Positions 21,183 through 30,940 of a DNA stretch of 64,000 bases are shown one piece after another (the stretch's first letter is position 1; every line of letters starts with the position of its first letter). Under the pieces are notes generated by a model that worked only from the letters and a program-made list of their open reading frames with translations, searched no databases and was not told where the DNA came from. This DNA is from Candidatus Thorarchaeota archaeon (GTDB lineage Archaea; Asgardarchaeota; Thorarchaeia; Thorarchaeales; Thorarchaeaceae), in contig DXJO01000027.1 of assembly GCA_019057475.1 (NCBI GenBank), positions 1 through 64,000 of the forward strand. Reading direction: 5' to 3'. A program made the translations under genes and the position numbers.

Positions 21183-22133
21183 ATGACTGATGAGATTGAC
21201 TTGAACTGGGAACTCATAGTGATTGGCGGAGGGCCTGCAGGAATGACCGCGGCCATGTATGGTGCGCGATACGGGCTCAAGACAATGCTACTAGAGTCAA
21301 GAGTCCTAGGAGGAGCGCAGGCCACGAGCCCGGGCATTGAAAACTACCCAGGCTTCAACTTCATTGTTGGCATGGATTTGGCCAATAAAATGAAAGAACA
21401 GCTCAAGAAGTGCGGAGCAGAGTACAAGGAAATCACTGAAGTAAAGAGTATCAAGATACTTGAGGACTCAGGGGACTTCGCTCTGGAAACGAGGCGTGGG
21501 GAGTACATCGCAAAGGCAATAGTCATTGCCACTGGGGGAGGCCACAGAAAGCTGGGTGTGCCAGGAGAGGATGAATTCACAGGAAGAGGTGTTTCCTTCT
21601 GTGCTACCTGTGACGGGCCTCTCTTCAGAGGGAAGACATTGGCTGTCATCGGGGGCGGCAACACCGCTGTAACCGAGGCCCTGTATCTATCTGAACTAGC
21701 AGGGAAGGTTTACGTGATTCATCGAAGAGATGCTCTGAGGGCCGAACAAGCAGTACAGGATATGTTGTTCAGAACTGACGCAGAGATTGTGTGGGACCAT
21801 ATTGTAAAGGAGTTCCACGGTGAGCAGCTGATATCAGACATCCTGATTGAGAATGTCAAGAGTGGCGAAACACGAACCTTGGAGATTGATGGTGTCTTTG
21901 TGGCTCTTGGTTCAGATCCTGAGAGCAAGCTTGTGAAGCCGCTTGAAGTGAAGACGAACAAGCGCGGCGAGATTTTCACAGATGGCGAACAGAAGACAAA
22001 CGTGCAAGGTCTCTTTGCAGCAGGCGATGTCGTGGATGGGATGAAGCAAATCGTTGTGGCAGCTGGTCAAGGCGCAGTTGCTGCAGATTCTGCATACAAG
22101 TACATTCGTAAAGAAAAGACGGGCCCGCGTTAG
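21183..22133 (+). CDS. trxB: Thioredoxin reductase
   Basis: GGGPAG, GVSFCATCDG, GGGNTA, FAAGD. Confidence 0.95.
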   Translation: MTDEIDLNWELIVIGGGPAGMTAAMYGARYGLKTMLLESRVLGGAQATSPGIENYPGFNFIVGMDLANKMKEQLKKCGAEYKEITEVKSIKILEDSGDFALETRRGEYIAKAIVIATGGGHRKLGVPGEDEFTGRGVSFCATCDGPLFRGKTLAVIGGGNTAVTEALYLSELAGKVYVIHRRDALRAEQAVQDMLFRTDAEIVWDHIVKEFHGEQLISDILIENVKSGETRTLEIDGVFVALGSDPESKLVKPLEVKTNKRGEIFTDGEQKTNVQGLFAAGDVVDGMKQIVVAAGQGAVAADSAYKYIRKEKTGPR

Positions 22134-22239
22134 TGTACAACCGTTCAACATGGGGAAATGTTAATAACACCCCAGCAGTCCGAGGCACAACGCGCCGAGA
22201 CAGTGTTTTCGGTGTCACCTATTTGACCGTGGTGTCCGC

Positions 22240-23430
22240 ATGAAGAAGGTCCAAGTAGCAGGTTTAGTGCTAGCAGTAGCCATTCTGGCGATGGCATTTA
22301 CAACGATACCAACTGCGGCCAATCCAGCAACCCGTTTTGAATCCCTGAATACTTATCTGACTGATAGGTATGATACAGCCGAAGGGGGCTATAATCTTGA
22401 TGGAGAGGGAACCTCGCGAATAGAGGCAACCTATTCTGCTGCTCTCTTATGGGATGCTATTGGATATCTGGATGCAAGACCCCCGACAGTCGATCTTCTG
22501 AAGATGGCGAACTTCACTCAAAAGGTGCAATGGGATACCGGTGGAGAGAGCAATGAACGCTACGGAGGTTTTGGCTCCTTCATCGCTGGTCTAGTCAGCG
22601 TAGAAACCACCTACAAAGCGATAGCCCTCTGGAAGATTATTACTGCGCAGAGTGGCATTCCGGGCTTGGATGATGTAGAGATTAATGCGACGGCAGCATT
22701 GATGTTCATCAACAGGACTCAGACAACTAGCGGAGGATTCAGTGATGAGGTTGGAGGCAATGCAGACATCGTTTCCACCTACCTCGCGTTGGAGGTCATC
22801 GAAATCCTCGCTAGCGAAACTCCATGGACTCTGGATAGTCTACTTCTCAATAAAACAGCCACAATCATGTGGATTCTGGACTGCAGAGAGGACGATGCCT
22901 ACAAGTTGAGCCCCGAATCAACCACAGCAGGAGTTACACCAAGTGCTGCGGCTCTCCTCTCGCTAAACCTATTGGATGCCCTTCCAGTCGCAACGGTCGT
23001 TCAAGCCACAAAGACATGGATAATGAATCGTCAGGATCTTAACCCCGATGTAATCGAGCTAACTGGGGGTTTTGAGGAAGGGGTTCTGACCAACGATACG
23101 AATCTTCTGAGCACGCACTATGCCCTAAAAGCCATGGACCTACTCAACGCCATCGAGGAAGTCAATGAAACAGTGACGCAGTTTGTTCTGAATTGCCAGT
23201 CATTTGATGGCGCTTGGGCCAATGCTCCGGGCTTCGAAGTCGGATATATCCAGTTCATTGCCAATGCCATGCAATGCTTAACTCTCCTTGAGGAGAATCA
23301 CCTGACCGTCTTGTTAGTGGAGCATCCTGGCACGCCGTCAGTCCCCCTAGTAGATTGGCGACTCCTATTCGTTGTCCTGTTCATCATTGCAGCGATGATT
23401 GTTGGCTTTGTAGCTCTCCGACTTGACTAG
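22240..23430 (+). CDS. Membrane-anchored extracellular protein with prenyltransferase/squalene-oxidase-type alpha-barrel repeats
   Basis: Signal peptide, repeats such as RTQTTSGGF, NCQSFDGAW and STxxAL helices, C-terminal TM helix. Confidence 0.7.
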   Translation: MKKVQVAGLVLAVAILAMAFTTIPTAANPATRFESLNTYLTDRYDTAEGGYNLDGEGTSRIEATYSAALLWDAIGYLDARPPTVDLLKMANFTQKVQWDTGGESNERYGGFGSFIAGLVSVETTYKAIALWKIITAQSGIPGLDDVEINATAALMFINRTQTTSGGFSDEVGGNADIVSTYLALEVIEILASETPWTLDSLLLNKTATIMWILDCREDDAYKLSPESTTAGVTPSAAALLSLNLLDALPVATVVQATKTWIMNRQDLNPDVIELTGGFEEGVLTNDTNLLSTHYALKAMDLLNAIEEVNETVTQFVLNCQSFDGAWANAPGFEVGYIQFIANAMQCLTLLEENHLTVLLVEHPGTPSVPLVDWRLLFVVLFIIAAMIVGFVALRLD

Positions 23431-23584
23431 GTCGGGACTACAGTTTACAACTCACATGCCATGGGTTCAGAGTGTCAAGTTGACGGAATAGTTGCTGGTG
23501 CTGAAAGATTGCATAGGTTTATCTCACATCTGACTGACTCTGTGTTTGTTCCTGCACTTCCAGGGGATATTGGAGGTGGAATGC

Positions 23585-25162
23585 ATGCAGAACCCCGAAT
23601 TTGATGAAGAGAGCATCCCCAGATACATGAGAGGTTTCGAGTGGTTCTCTCATATGACAAGAACTACAATGTCTGAGAAACCGTGGAAACGATTAGGTTT
23701 GATTTCATTCTACGACGCCCCCTATGCAGAAAGCGAACGTCTGTATCTATCTCCGAAACAAGTCATGGTATCCATGGCAGCTCAAGCGAAGACGAAAGAT
23801 CATGCGCTTGTCTTTGTCGTTGACTCACTGGAGAAGGGTGAAATGGGCTTGAGCACCAAAGCCGGCTTCGATCAGTTCATCGAAATATTCGATGGACTCT
23901 TCCCAGATTCCAAGAAATTCTACTTCGGTTCTAAGGACTCAGAGAGGACTTGGCTGCATGAATACCCTTCACTGAAAATACCTATTGAATGGCTGGTGGG
24001 TCGACCGAACGTGTTTGCAGAGGTTCTGTCAGATGCATCACCAATTGGGGAAATTATCCGGCCGGGCGATGCTTCCTTTGAAGACCTTACTGGGATGATA
24101 GAGGTTCTTGCGGAGAAGCTTGGGCCCCCGTCACTGACTGAGGAAGTCATTGGTAAGATTCGAAGTGCCGAGGCAAGTGAATATGCGGGAGAAGCAGCTG
24201 GCTTGCTGGCATCATTCGTTAATCCAGCAATAGCTGTCACTCGCGGAGTGAAATACTTGGGCAAATTCATGGACTTGGTGAAAGATAGAAGAAGGCAGGA
24301 AGTGAAGGATGTCTACAGAGAATGGACTGAGAGAGTCACCAGTGGCTACTCTGAAGAGAATTTGACTAAGTTCTTCGAACGCGCACCAGAAAGCATGTCT
24401 GAATTTCTCAACGGAGTAACCAACCTCAAGTCCGTGCTTCTCATTACAGAAACGCGTGGAACACTATATGACCTATTCCTACCACTCGTGCTGCAGCACT
24501 TGGTTGAGCAGATTGGTTACATCCCTCCACATCGTCGCCCTAGACGGGAGTCCGAGTTGAAGAAGGCTGACTTGGAAGAGGAGTGGGACGACTCAGCGAT
24601 GTCCTATGAGGACCTAGAGCGAATCGAAGATATTGAGCTTCCACCGGTCACAGATCAGCTCATTCAAACCGTAATCGACAGGCAAGGTGAGATAGTCAGA
24701 GCCGAAATCAAAATCTCCGAGGATGAATTCGAAGGAAAACCTGAAACAATACTGTTTCTTGATGCGGCTACTCATCTCACAAAGTTTCGTCGTTCAAGTA
24801 GATTCGCTCTTAACATTCCGGAGAAATTTCCGAATATGACAGTTGCAGCATCTTTCTTCACTGATCGTGAGAACGTCAGCAATGCTCTGGCAGAAGGCAT
24901 CCTCGATTACATGAGTGAAAGAGCTTTGGTCTTCGATTTACAACCTGGACTCTTTGACCTCGTGACGGCAAACATGCCAGTTTCGAAGAAGGCGTGGCTT
25001 CAGATGCAACTGCAGGAAATGGAGAAGCTGAAGTCAGAGGGAGGAGTCGCATTCCTTGAGTATTACAGACCTTCAAAGGAGCAATGGGTGCTTCGTAGCG
25101 TGGAGAAACCGGACACAGGAGTCCTCAGACAGATACTAAGCTGGTTCCGAAGAGGAAACTAG
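23585..25162 (+). CDS. Hypothetical protein, possibly a degenerate P-loop ATPase fold
   Basis: Long ORF; GGAGGTG RBS before ATG 23585; VFVVDSLEKGE and ILFLDAA segments; no Walker A. Confidence 0.6.
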   Translation: MQNPEFDEESIPRYMRGFEWFSHMTRTTMSEKPWKRLGLISFYDAPYAESERLYLSPKQVMVSMAAQAKTKDHALVFVVDSLEKGEMGLSTKAGFDQFIEIFDGLFPDSKKFYFGSKDSERTWLHEYPSLKIPIEWLVGRPNVFAEVLSDASPIGEIIRPGDASFEDLTGMIEVLAEKLGPPSLTEEVIGKIRSAEASEYAGEAAGLLASFVNPAIAVTRGVKYLGKFMDLVKDRRRQEVKDVYREWTERVTSGYSEENLTKFFERAPESMSEFLNGVTNLKSVLLITETRGTLYDLFLPLVLQHLVEQIGYIPPHRRPRRESELKKADLEEEWDDSAMSYEDLERIEDIELPPVTDQLIQTVIDRQGEIVRAEIKISEDEFEGKPETILFLDAATHLTKFRRSSRFALNIPEKFPNMTVAASFFTDRENVSNALAEGILDYMSERALVFDLQPGLFDLVTANMPVSKKAWLQMQLQEMEKLKSEGGVAFLEYYRPSKEQWVLRSVEKPDTGVLRQILSWFRRGN

Positions 25163-25242
25163 AGCGTTTATCCGTTCTCCCGCAAGAATTATAATCTTGA
25201 GCCATCTTCCTGCCATTATCCCTCAGCCCGGAGGAACGAACA

Positions 25243-25662
25243 TTGAGTAACGGTAATATGACACAAGCACGCGTTCTTGAGATAAAAGAAGGGAATGCCA
25301 TCACCCTGCCAGTCGAATTCGTTGGAAAAATCGGTCACTCCTACGGCCTCGTGATTCTTGTAATGAAAGACAAGAATGTGAAGCTCTATCCGGTAGACAG
25401 TGACAGAGTTCTATATCTTAGATTGGAGATTGAGAAGCTAAGCAAGAGCTTCCTTGAAGAACTTACGATGATCTTTGAGAAAGCTGGACTTGAGGACATA
25501 CTCTTCACTAGCGGGATTTGTCAAGCGGCAAACCGTTGTTTTTACGAGTGTTACTTCACTCCCAAACAGCTTTCAATGTCGGTTCAAGAACTTAACAAAC
25601 ATCTCAATGGCATAACCGGCGTACAGATGGTTGTCCTCGAGGATGTTCAGAAAGGCGATTGA
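25243..25662 (+). CDS. Hypothetical protein, AbrB-like N-terminus plus ACT-like domain
   Basis: GNAITLPVEF..KIG resembles the AbrB swapped hairpin; C-terminal beta-alpha-beta-beta-alpha-beta pattern; GGAGG RBS. Confidence 0.5.
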   Translation: MSNGNMTQARVLEIKEGNAITLPVEFVGKIGHSYGLVILVMKDKNVKLYPVDSDRVLYLRLEIEKLSKSFLEELTMIFEKAGLEDILFTSGICQAANRCFYECYFTPKQLSMSVQELNKHLNGITGVQMVVLEDVQKGD

Positions 25663-25790
25663 GCTATCATCGTGCTACTCCGATAGACTCTGCATCAGGT
25701 TCCAAGTTCAACGTTCCTCCAGCTCATACTTGCGGACTATTCGAACTGTGTGATATGTGAAGGGAATAACTCAAGAGAGCTGTGATTAGG

Positions 25791-27302
25791 ATGGCAGGCA
25801 TTGTGAGCGTAGTAGGGGGCATTTCATCGGAAAATAGCCTGCGCATTCTTAACCTGATGGCCAAATCTGCTAGCCACAGAGGCAGAGAAGAACGTTTCAT
25901 AGTCACAAGTACGGAAGCAGGCATTAGGGTTGTGTCTTCTGCAGCTGAGATTCCTCAGAATCCCCATATGATACTATCACTTTTCACGCACGGGAAAATC
26001 GAAGACCTGATTGACCTGCAGACAGATTCGCTAACCATGATTGATACTGCCACTCCAAAGACGGGTATTCGAGATTTGCTTGAGAGTAGGATCTCTGACA
26101 AGGATTCTCTACCGTGCATATTCAATTCAATCGCAGTGGTCATAGACTCGAGAGGGCTGAGGGTACTCAGATCCATCGATGGAACCAGACCATTTCATTA
26201 TGGCAGAGTGGATGGCTCCGTTTTACTCGCCACTGACAAGAGGAGTCTTTGGGCAGGGGGTATTGGCAATGTGCATTCCTTACATCCTGGTTGTGAATTG
26301 AGGGTATCATGGACAGGAACCATCACGCTTGAGGAGAGTCTGTCAATGGATGAAATCGTCGTTGTCAGAGGAGTCCCTCAGGAGCAGTTGATTCAGTCAT
26401 TGAAGCAAACCTTACTCGGCTCATTTTCCAGGCTCGAAGATTGCGCGAAGTGTGCTGTGCTCTTCTCAGGTGGCGTTGACAGCTCTCTCGCTGGATTGCT
26501 GGCAAGCAAGCGATGCACGAACACTGTGCTGATTAGTACACATGCAAAAGGTTCGCGTGACGCATCTGTCGTTCGGCACGCCGCAGACTTGCTGGCTCTT
26601 GATGTTATCGAGGTGCCAATGAGCGACAAGATGGTGTGGAATCTATTGCCTGAAGTTATCTATGCTACTGAGTGCACGCGCAGGATGGACATAGAGATTG
26701 CATTCCCGTTCTTCATTGCAGCAAGGGAAGCTGGGCGACAGGGAATACCACTTGTAATTTCAGGGCAGGGGCCTGATGAATTGTTTGCTGGGTATGCGAA
26801 GCATGTTAGACTCTACGAGAATAGAGGTGAAGAAGCTCTCGAAGTCCAACTCAGGAAAGAGGTTTCAATCACTCATGAAACCAACATCGAACGTGATGAA
26901 CGAGCAATCTCATTTTACGGTGCTGATGCATGGTTCCCGTATTTTGACCATGAGTTCGTGAAACTTGCACTTAGCATCCCGGCCAACTGTAAGATTGCAG
27001 TGGGTAAAACCCCTGAACGCAAGATTATCTTCCGTGAGCTAGCCACTGAATTGGGTCTACCTACGGAGTTGGCTCACGCCCCGAAGAAAGCCACTCAGTA
27101 TAGCTCTGGGGCAGCAAGGATGTTGAAAACTGCCATTAGTAAACATGTACCTGAATGTCGAGATCTGACCAAAAGGCAGTCAGATCTGAGAGTGCAAGAT
27201 GTCTTGAACTACATCGCGAAGCAACTCGATATGCCGATTCGAAACGATGTTACACACAGTTACAATTTTGACGTGAAATCGAGTTCCTTGATTACCGGAT
27301 AG
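25791..27302 (+). CDS. Asparagine synthetase B-like protein lacking the N-terminal Cys
   Basis: LFSGGVDSS PP-loop, SGQGPDELFAGY, PYFD, KKATQYSSG; N-terminus MAGIV rather than MCGI. Confidence 0.85.
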   Translation: MAGIVSVVGGISSENSLRILNLMAKSASHRGREERFIVTSTEAGIRVVSSAAEIPQNPHMILSLFTHGKIEDLIDLQTDSLTMIDTATPKTGIRDLLESRISDKDSLPCIFNSIAVVIDSRGLRVLRSIDGTRPFHYGRVDGSVLLATDKRSLWAGGIGNVHSLHPGCELRVSWTGTITLEESLSMDEIVVVRGVPQEQLIQSLKQTLLGSFSRLEDCAKCAVLFSGGVDSSLAGLLASKRCTNTVLISTHAKGSRDASVVRHAADLLALDVIEVPMSDKMVWNLLPEVIYATECTRRMDIEIAFPFFIAAREAGRQGIPLVISGQGPDELFAGYAKHVRLYENRGEEALEVQLRKEVSITHETNIERDERAISFYGADAWFPYFDHEFVKLALSIPANCKIAVGKTPERKIIFRELATELGLPTELAHAPKKATQYSSGAARMLKTAISKHVPECRDLTKRQSDLRVQDVLNYIAKQLDMPIRNDVTHSYNFDVKSSSLITG

Positions 27303-27520
27303 TTTTCATAGCACGCAAGGCTTCGCTTGCTGAGTCGCTAGGGATATATAGACCATGCAAGCTCACAAGCTAGTCGGCAACAAAACTGGGCTGGCCTTCG
27401 GCGTAAGCCGTCGAGAGCAAGAAACCAGACAACAACCTTGATAAGAGGTTTCAAGCCGACCCATCGAAGGGTGCCGTTCTGTGATTCGACATTCACCGAA
27501 TCAAGCAAGGAGAGAGACGA

Positions 27521-28564
27521 ATGGTAGGCATTATCGGCTATGGTGTATACATCCCTAGATACAGAATTAAGACAGAGAAGATCGCGGCTGTCTGGGGCGA
27601 AGACGGAGAAAAACTGGCCAAGGGCCTTGGCGTCTTCGAGAAGTCAGTTCCAGGACCTGACGAAGATGTTGCAACCATAAGCGTCGAGGCAGCAAGAAAT
27701 GCTGTCAAGCGTGCACAGATAGACCCAACAAACATCGGCGCAATCTACGTCGGTTCCGAGTCACATCCTTATGCAGTCAAGCCAACAGGAACTATGGTAT
27801 CTGAGGCGATAGGATGTTCCCCACACATAACCTGTGCAGACTTCGAGTTCGCATGCAAGGCTGGAACAGCAGCAATACAAGTATGTATGGGGCTTGTCAA
27901 GTCTAAGATGATAAAAATCGGTCTGGCCATTGGCTCGGACACAGCCCAAGGGCGCCCAGGTGATGCCCTGGAGTATTCTGCCGCCGCAGGAGGCGTTGCG
28001 ATACTCGTTGGCAACAAGAATGTAGTCGCTACCATTGAGCATACTAGTTCGTTCACGACAGACACTCCGGATTTTTGGCGCAGAGAAGGACAAGCATTTC
28101 CAAGTCATGGTGCACGATTCACAGGAGAACCAGCGTATTTCCGTCATGTCGGAGAAGGGGCGCGGGCACTCTTCAAGACAACGAACACAACTGTGGACGA
28201 TTACGATTACTTCGTCTTTCATTCCCCCAACGGGAAGTTCCCAGTAGCCATGGGCAGGCAGCTTGGTGTGCCCAAAGAGAAGCTTGAGGACAGCCTAGTG
28301 GTACGTCAAATTGGAAACACATACTCCGGCTCTGCGATGATGGGTTTGGCCAATGTGCTTGACATAGCAGACCCAGGTTCAAAGATATTCATGGTCGCCT
28401 ATGGTTCAGGGGCAGGGAGTGACTCATTTGCTATACGCGTAGAAGATGAGATTGTCAAACGTCGCGGAGAAGTACCCACAGTTCAGGACTACATTGAAAG
28501 GAAGACATACATCAATTACGCGACTTATGCTAAGTACAGGAGGAAGTTCAAGGCTCTCGGATGA
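27521..28564 (+). CDS. hmgS: Hydroxymethylglutaryl-CoA synthase (archaeal type)
   Basis: [42 protein letters not shown]. Confidence 0.95.
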   Translation: MVGIIGYGVYIPRYRIKTEKIAAVWGEDGEKLAKGLGVFEKSVPGPDEDVATISVEAARNAVKRAQIDPTNIGAIYVGSESHPYAVKPTGTMVSEAIGCSPHITCADFEFACKAGTAAIQVCMGLVKSKMIKIGLAIGSDTAQGRPGDALEYSAAAGGVAILVGNKNVVATIEHTSSFTTDTPDFWRREGQAFPSHGARFTGEPAYFRHVGEGARALFKTTNTTVDDYDYFVFHSPNGKFPVAMGRQLGVPKEKLEDSLVVRQIGNTYSGSAMMGLANVLDIADPGSKIFMVAYGSGAGSDSFAIRVEDEIVKRRGEVPTVQDYIERKTYINYATYAKYRRKFKALG

Positions 28565-28574
28565 GGTGGAAATA

Positions 28575-29735
28575 ATGGGCAAGAAAGTTGCTATTATTGG
28601 AGTAGGGATGAGCAAGTTCGGAGAGCTTTGGGACAAGAGCTTGGCCGAGATATCACTTGAAGCGGGAATGTACGCCATATTTGATGCTCAAGTGAGAGGA
28701 AAAGATATTGACGGCCTGATTATCGGTAACATGAGTGCTGGACGGTTTACCGGACAGGAGCACTTGGGTGCACAGGCAGCGGACTGGGGAGGCCTTGGCA
28801 ACCTTCCCGCATACAGTGTTGAAGCCGCATGTGCCAGCGGCGGAGCGGCAGTGCGTCAAGCGTACATGGCGATTCTGTCTGGCGAACATGACATTATGCT
28901 TGTGCTGGGAACTGAGAAGATGAGTGATGTCAATCAGTCTATGGCCATGGAAACAATCAGTGTGGCGTCTGACTGGGAATGGGAAGGCATGTTTGGAGCA
29001 ACTTTTCCGGCGCTATATGCATTTATGGCAAGACGGCATATGATGGAGTATGGTACCACTGAAGAACAGATGAGTATGGTGACCGTCAAGAACCACAAGA
29101 ATGCAGTACACAATCCTTGGGCTCAATTCCAGAGACCGGTTCCACTTGAGGTAGTCATGAATTCGGGACTGCTGGCGGATCCCATTCGTGTTCTCCATTC
29201 GTCACCGATTAGCGATGGTGCGGCAGGATTGGTCATGTGTTCCGTAGAAAGAGCGAAGGAGTTTACTGACACACCGGTGTACATAGAGTCATCTAGGCAA
29301 GCCGGCGATACTCTCGCACTGCATGATCGAGCTGATATCTGCACCATGGGCGCAGTTGTCAGTTCATCAAGAAGCGCCCTGAAGGAAACGGGACTAGCAA
29401 TCAAAGACATTGATGTTTTCGAACTCCACGACAGCTTCACAATCAGCGAGATAATAATAACTGAGGACATAGGGATTGTGAAAAAAGGAGAGGGAGGCAA
29501 AGCCATAGAGGAAGGCCTGACAGAAATCGACGGCAAGTTCCCGGTCAATGCATCAGGAGGCCTGAAAGCAAGAGGTCACCCCATCGGGGCTACCGGCGTT
29601 GCTCAGATAGTCGAACTGGCACTACAGCTTAGGGGTGATGCAGAAAAGCGGCAAGTGGATGGCGTTGAGAAGGCGATGTCTGTCAATATTGGAGGAACAG
29701 GTGCTACATCGATTGTGCACATACTAGGGAGGTAA
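28575..29735 (+). CDS. Acetoacetyl-CoA thiolase (archaeal type)
   Basis: VEAACASGG, KNHKNA, ELHDSF, GHPIGATG; lies between HMG-CoA synthase and DUF35. Confidence 0.95.
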   Translation: MGKKVAIIGVGMSKFGELWDKSLAEISLEAGMYAIFDAQVRGKDIDGLIIGNMSAGRFTGQEHLGAQAADWGGLGNLPAYSVEAACASGGAAVRQAYMAILSGEHDIMLVLGTEKMSDVNQSMAMETISVASDWEWEGMFGATFPALYAFMARRHMMEYGTTEEQMSMVTVKNHKNAVHNPWAQFQRPVPLEVVMNSGLLADPIRVLHSSPISDGAAGLVMCSVERAKEFTDTPVYIESSRQAGDTLALHDRADICTMGAVVSSSRSALKETGLAIKDIDVFELHDSFTISEIIITEDIGIVKKGEGGKAIEEGLTEIDGKFPVNASGGLKARGHPIGATGVAQIVELALQLRGDAEKRQVDGVEKAMSVNIGGTGATSIVHILGR

Positions 29736-29740
29736 TCAAG

Positions 29741-30163
29741 ATGGCAGAGAAGGGCGTAGCACAATTATGGCGCAAGATAAAAGCAATCTACACGATTCAG
29801 GGAGACCATTGCACAACCTGTGACACCTACTACTTCCCCCCGCGTGTGGTGTGTCCCCAGTGCCGCAGAAAGGGACAACTTGAGAAATATACATTCAAGG
29901 GGCTTGGCAAAATACACACTTTCGCGATTGTAAGACAAGCACCTGACACGTTCAAGAGACAGATCCCATATATCGTTGCGCAGGTGGAATTGGATGAGGG
30001 AGCTAGGCTCACAGCTCAGATTGTGAATTGCGACATCGAAGACGTTCACATCGACATGCGGGTCCGATCTTGCTTCAGAAAAATCACCGAATACGGAGAA
30101 AGCGGGATAATCATCTACGGTTACAAGTTTGAGCCAACGATGAAAGTTACTGGCCACGAGTGA
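29741..30163 (+). CDS. DUF35 Zn-ribbon/OB-fold protein (thiolase-HMGCS scaffold)
   Basis: CTTC..FPPRVVCPQC, IIYGYKF; conserved trio context. Confidence 0.92.
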   Translation: MAEKGVAQLWRKIKAIYTIQGDHCTTCDTYYFPPRVVCPQCRRKGQLEKYTFKGLGKIHTFAIVRQAPDTFKRQIPYIVAQVELDEGARLTAQIVNCDIEDVHIDMRVRSCFRKITEYGESGIIIYGYKFEPTMKVTGHE

Positions 30164-30173
30164 GCGGCTGCAT

Positions 30174-30863
30174 CTATAGCTGTAGTTGAGTAATGGAACC
30201 GACTGCTGGAAGGGCGACATTTCGCACAACGGTCGTTCCAATGGAGGCCTTATGTGTCGTTGAGTTATGCACATGACCGTGAATCACAAGGTCAGGTTGC
30301 AAATTTGAGATGAGTGTGTAGAACTTCCTGCTTCCCAGCCAGGCAAAGGATCGATCGTCTTCACCTACGCATGTTTCAGTGCAGGGACTATAGTGCATAA
30401 GCAAAATTGTGTGGTCAACGCTTGGTAAGGTCTTCCTGAGAAGCGCTTCCGCGCGTTCGGCTCTCCGCTCAAAAACTCGCTTCACATTGGGCATGTTTCT
30501 TCTCTGCCAATCCGTGGGTTTATCGAGAGACCCTTGCGTGCCCACGATGCCCAAAATAGTTCCATCAACTTCGAGCGTCATTGACTTCTCATCAAGGAAA
30601 GTGATCCTGTCACGTAGCCGTGAAATCAAGTCTCTTCGAATCTCGGAGTATTCTTCGTTTCCAAAACACGATATAATCGGAAAGCCACATCCAATTTTGT
30701 TCTCTATCACATCGAGAATCCGAGGAAACTCCTTGGCGGCTCCTCTGTCTATCATGTCCCCGGCCATTAGGAATAGGTCAGGTGCAGATTGCCTATCTAG
30801 GCTCGTCATGAAGTCATCAAGAAACCGCGGACTATGAACATCTGCAACTGCAAGTATCCTCAT
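30174..30863 (-). CDS. Calcineurin-like metallophosphoesterase
   Basis: ADVH, AGD, GNEE, MHY, HGHVH. Confidence 0.88.
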   Translation of the reverse strand: MRILAVADVHSPRFLDDFMTSLDRQSAPDLFLMAGDMIDRGAAKEFPRILDVIENKIGCGFPIISCFGNEEYSEIRRDLISRLRDRITFLDEKSMTLEVDGTILGIVGTQGSLDKPTDWQRRNMPNVKRVFERRAERAEALLRKTLPSVDHTILLMHYSPCTETCVGEDDRSFAWLGSRKFYTLISNLQPDLVIHGHVHNSTTHKASIGTTVVRNVALPAVGSITQLQL

Positions 30864-30940
30864 GGTATATGCCCTGCACTTATTTGATTACGCAAAGATA
30901 GGATGCACACATATTAAAGTTCAAGCAAAGGTGTCGAAAC

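Noticed and set aside
27303-27520. Riboswitch or leader peptide before HMG-CoA synthase
   Set aside because: Only short hairpins and a 28-codon ORF; no recognisable motif.
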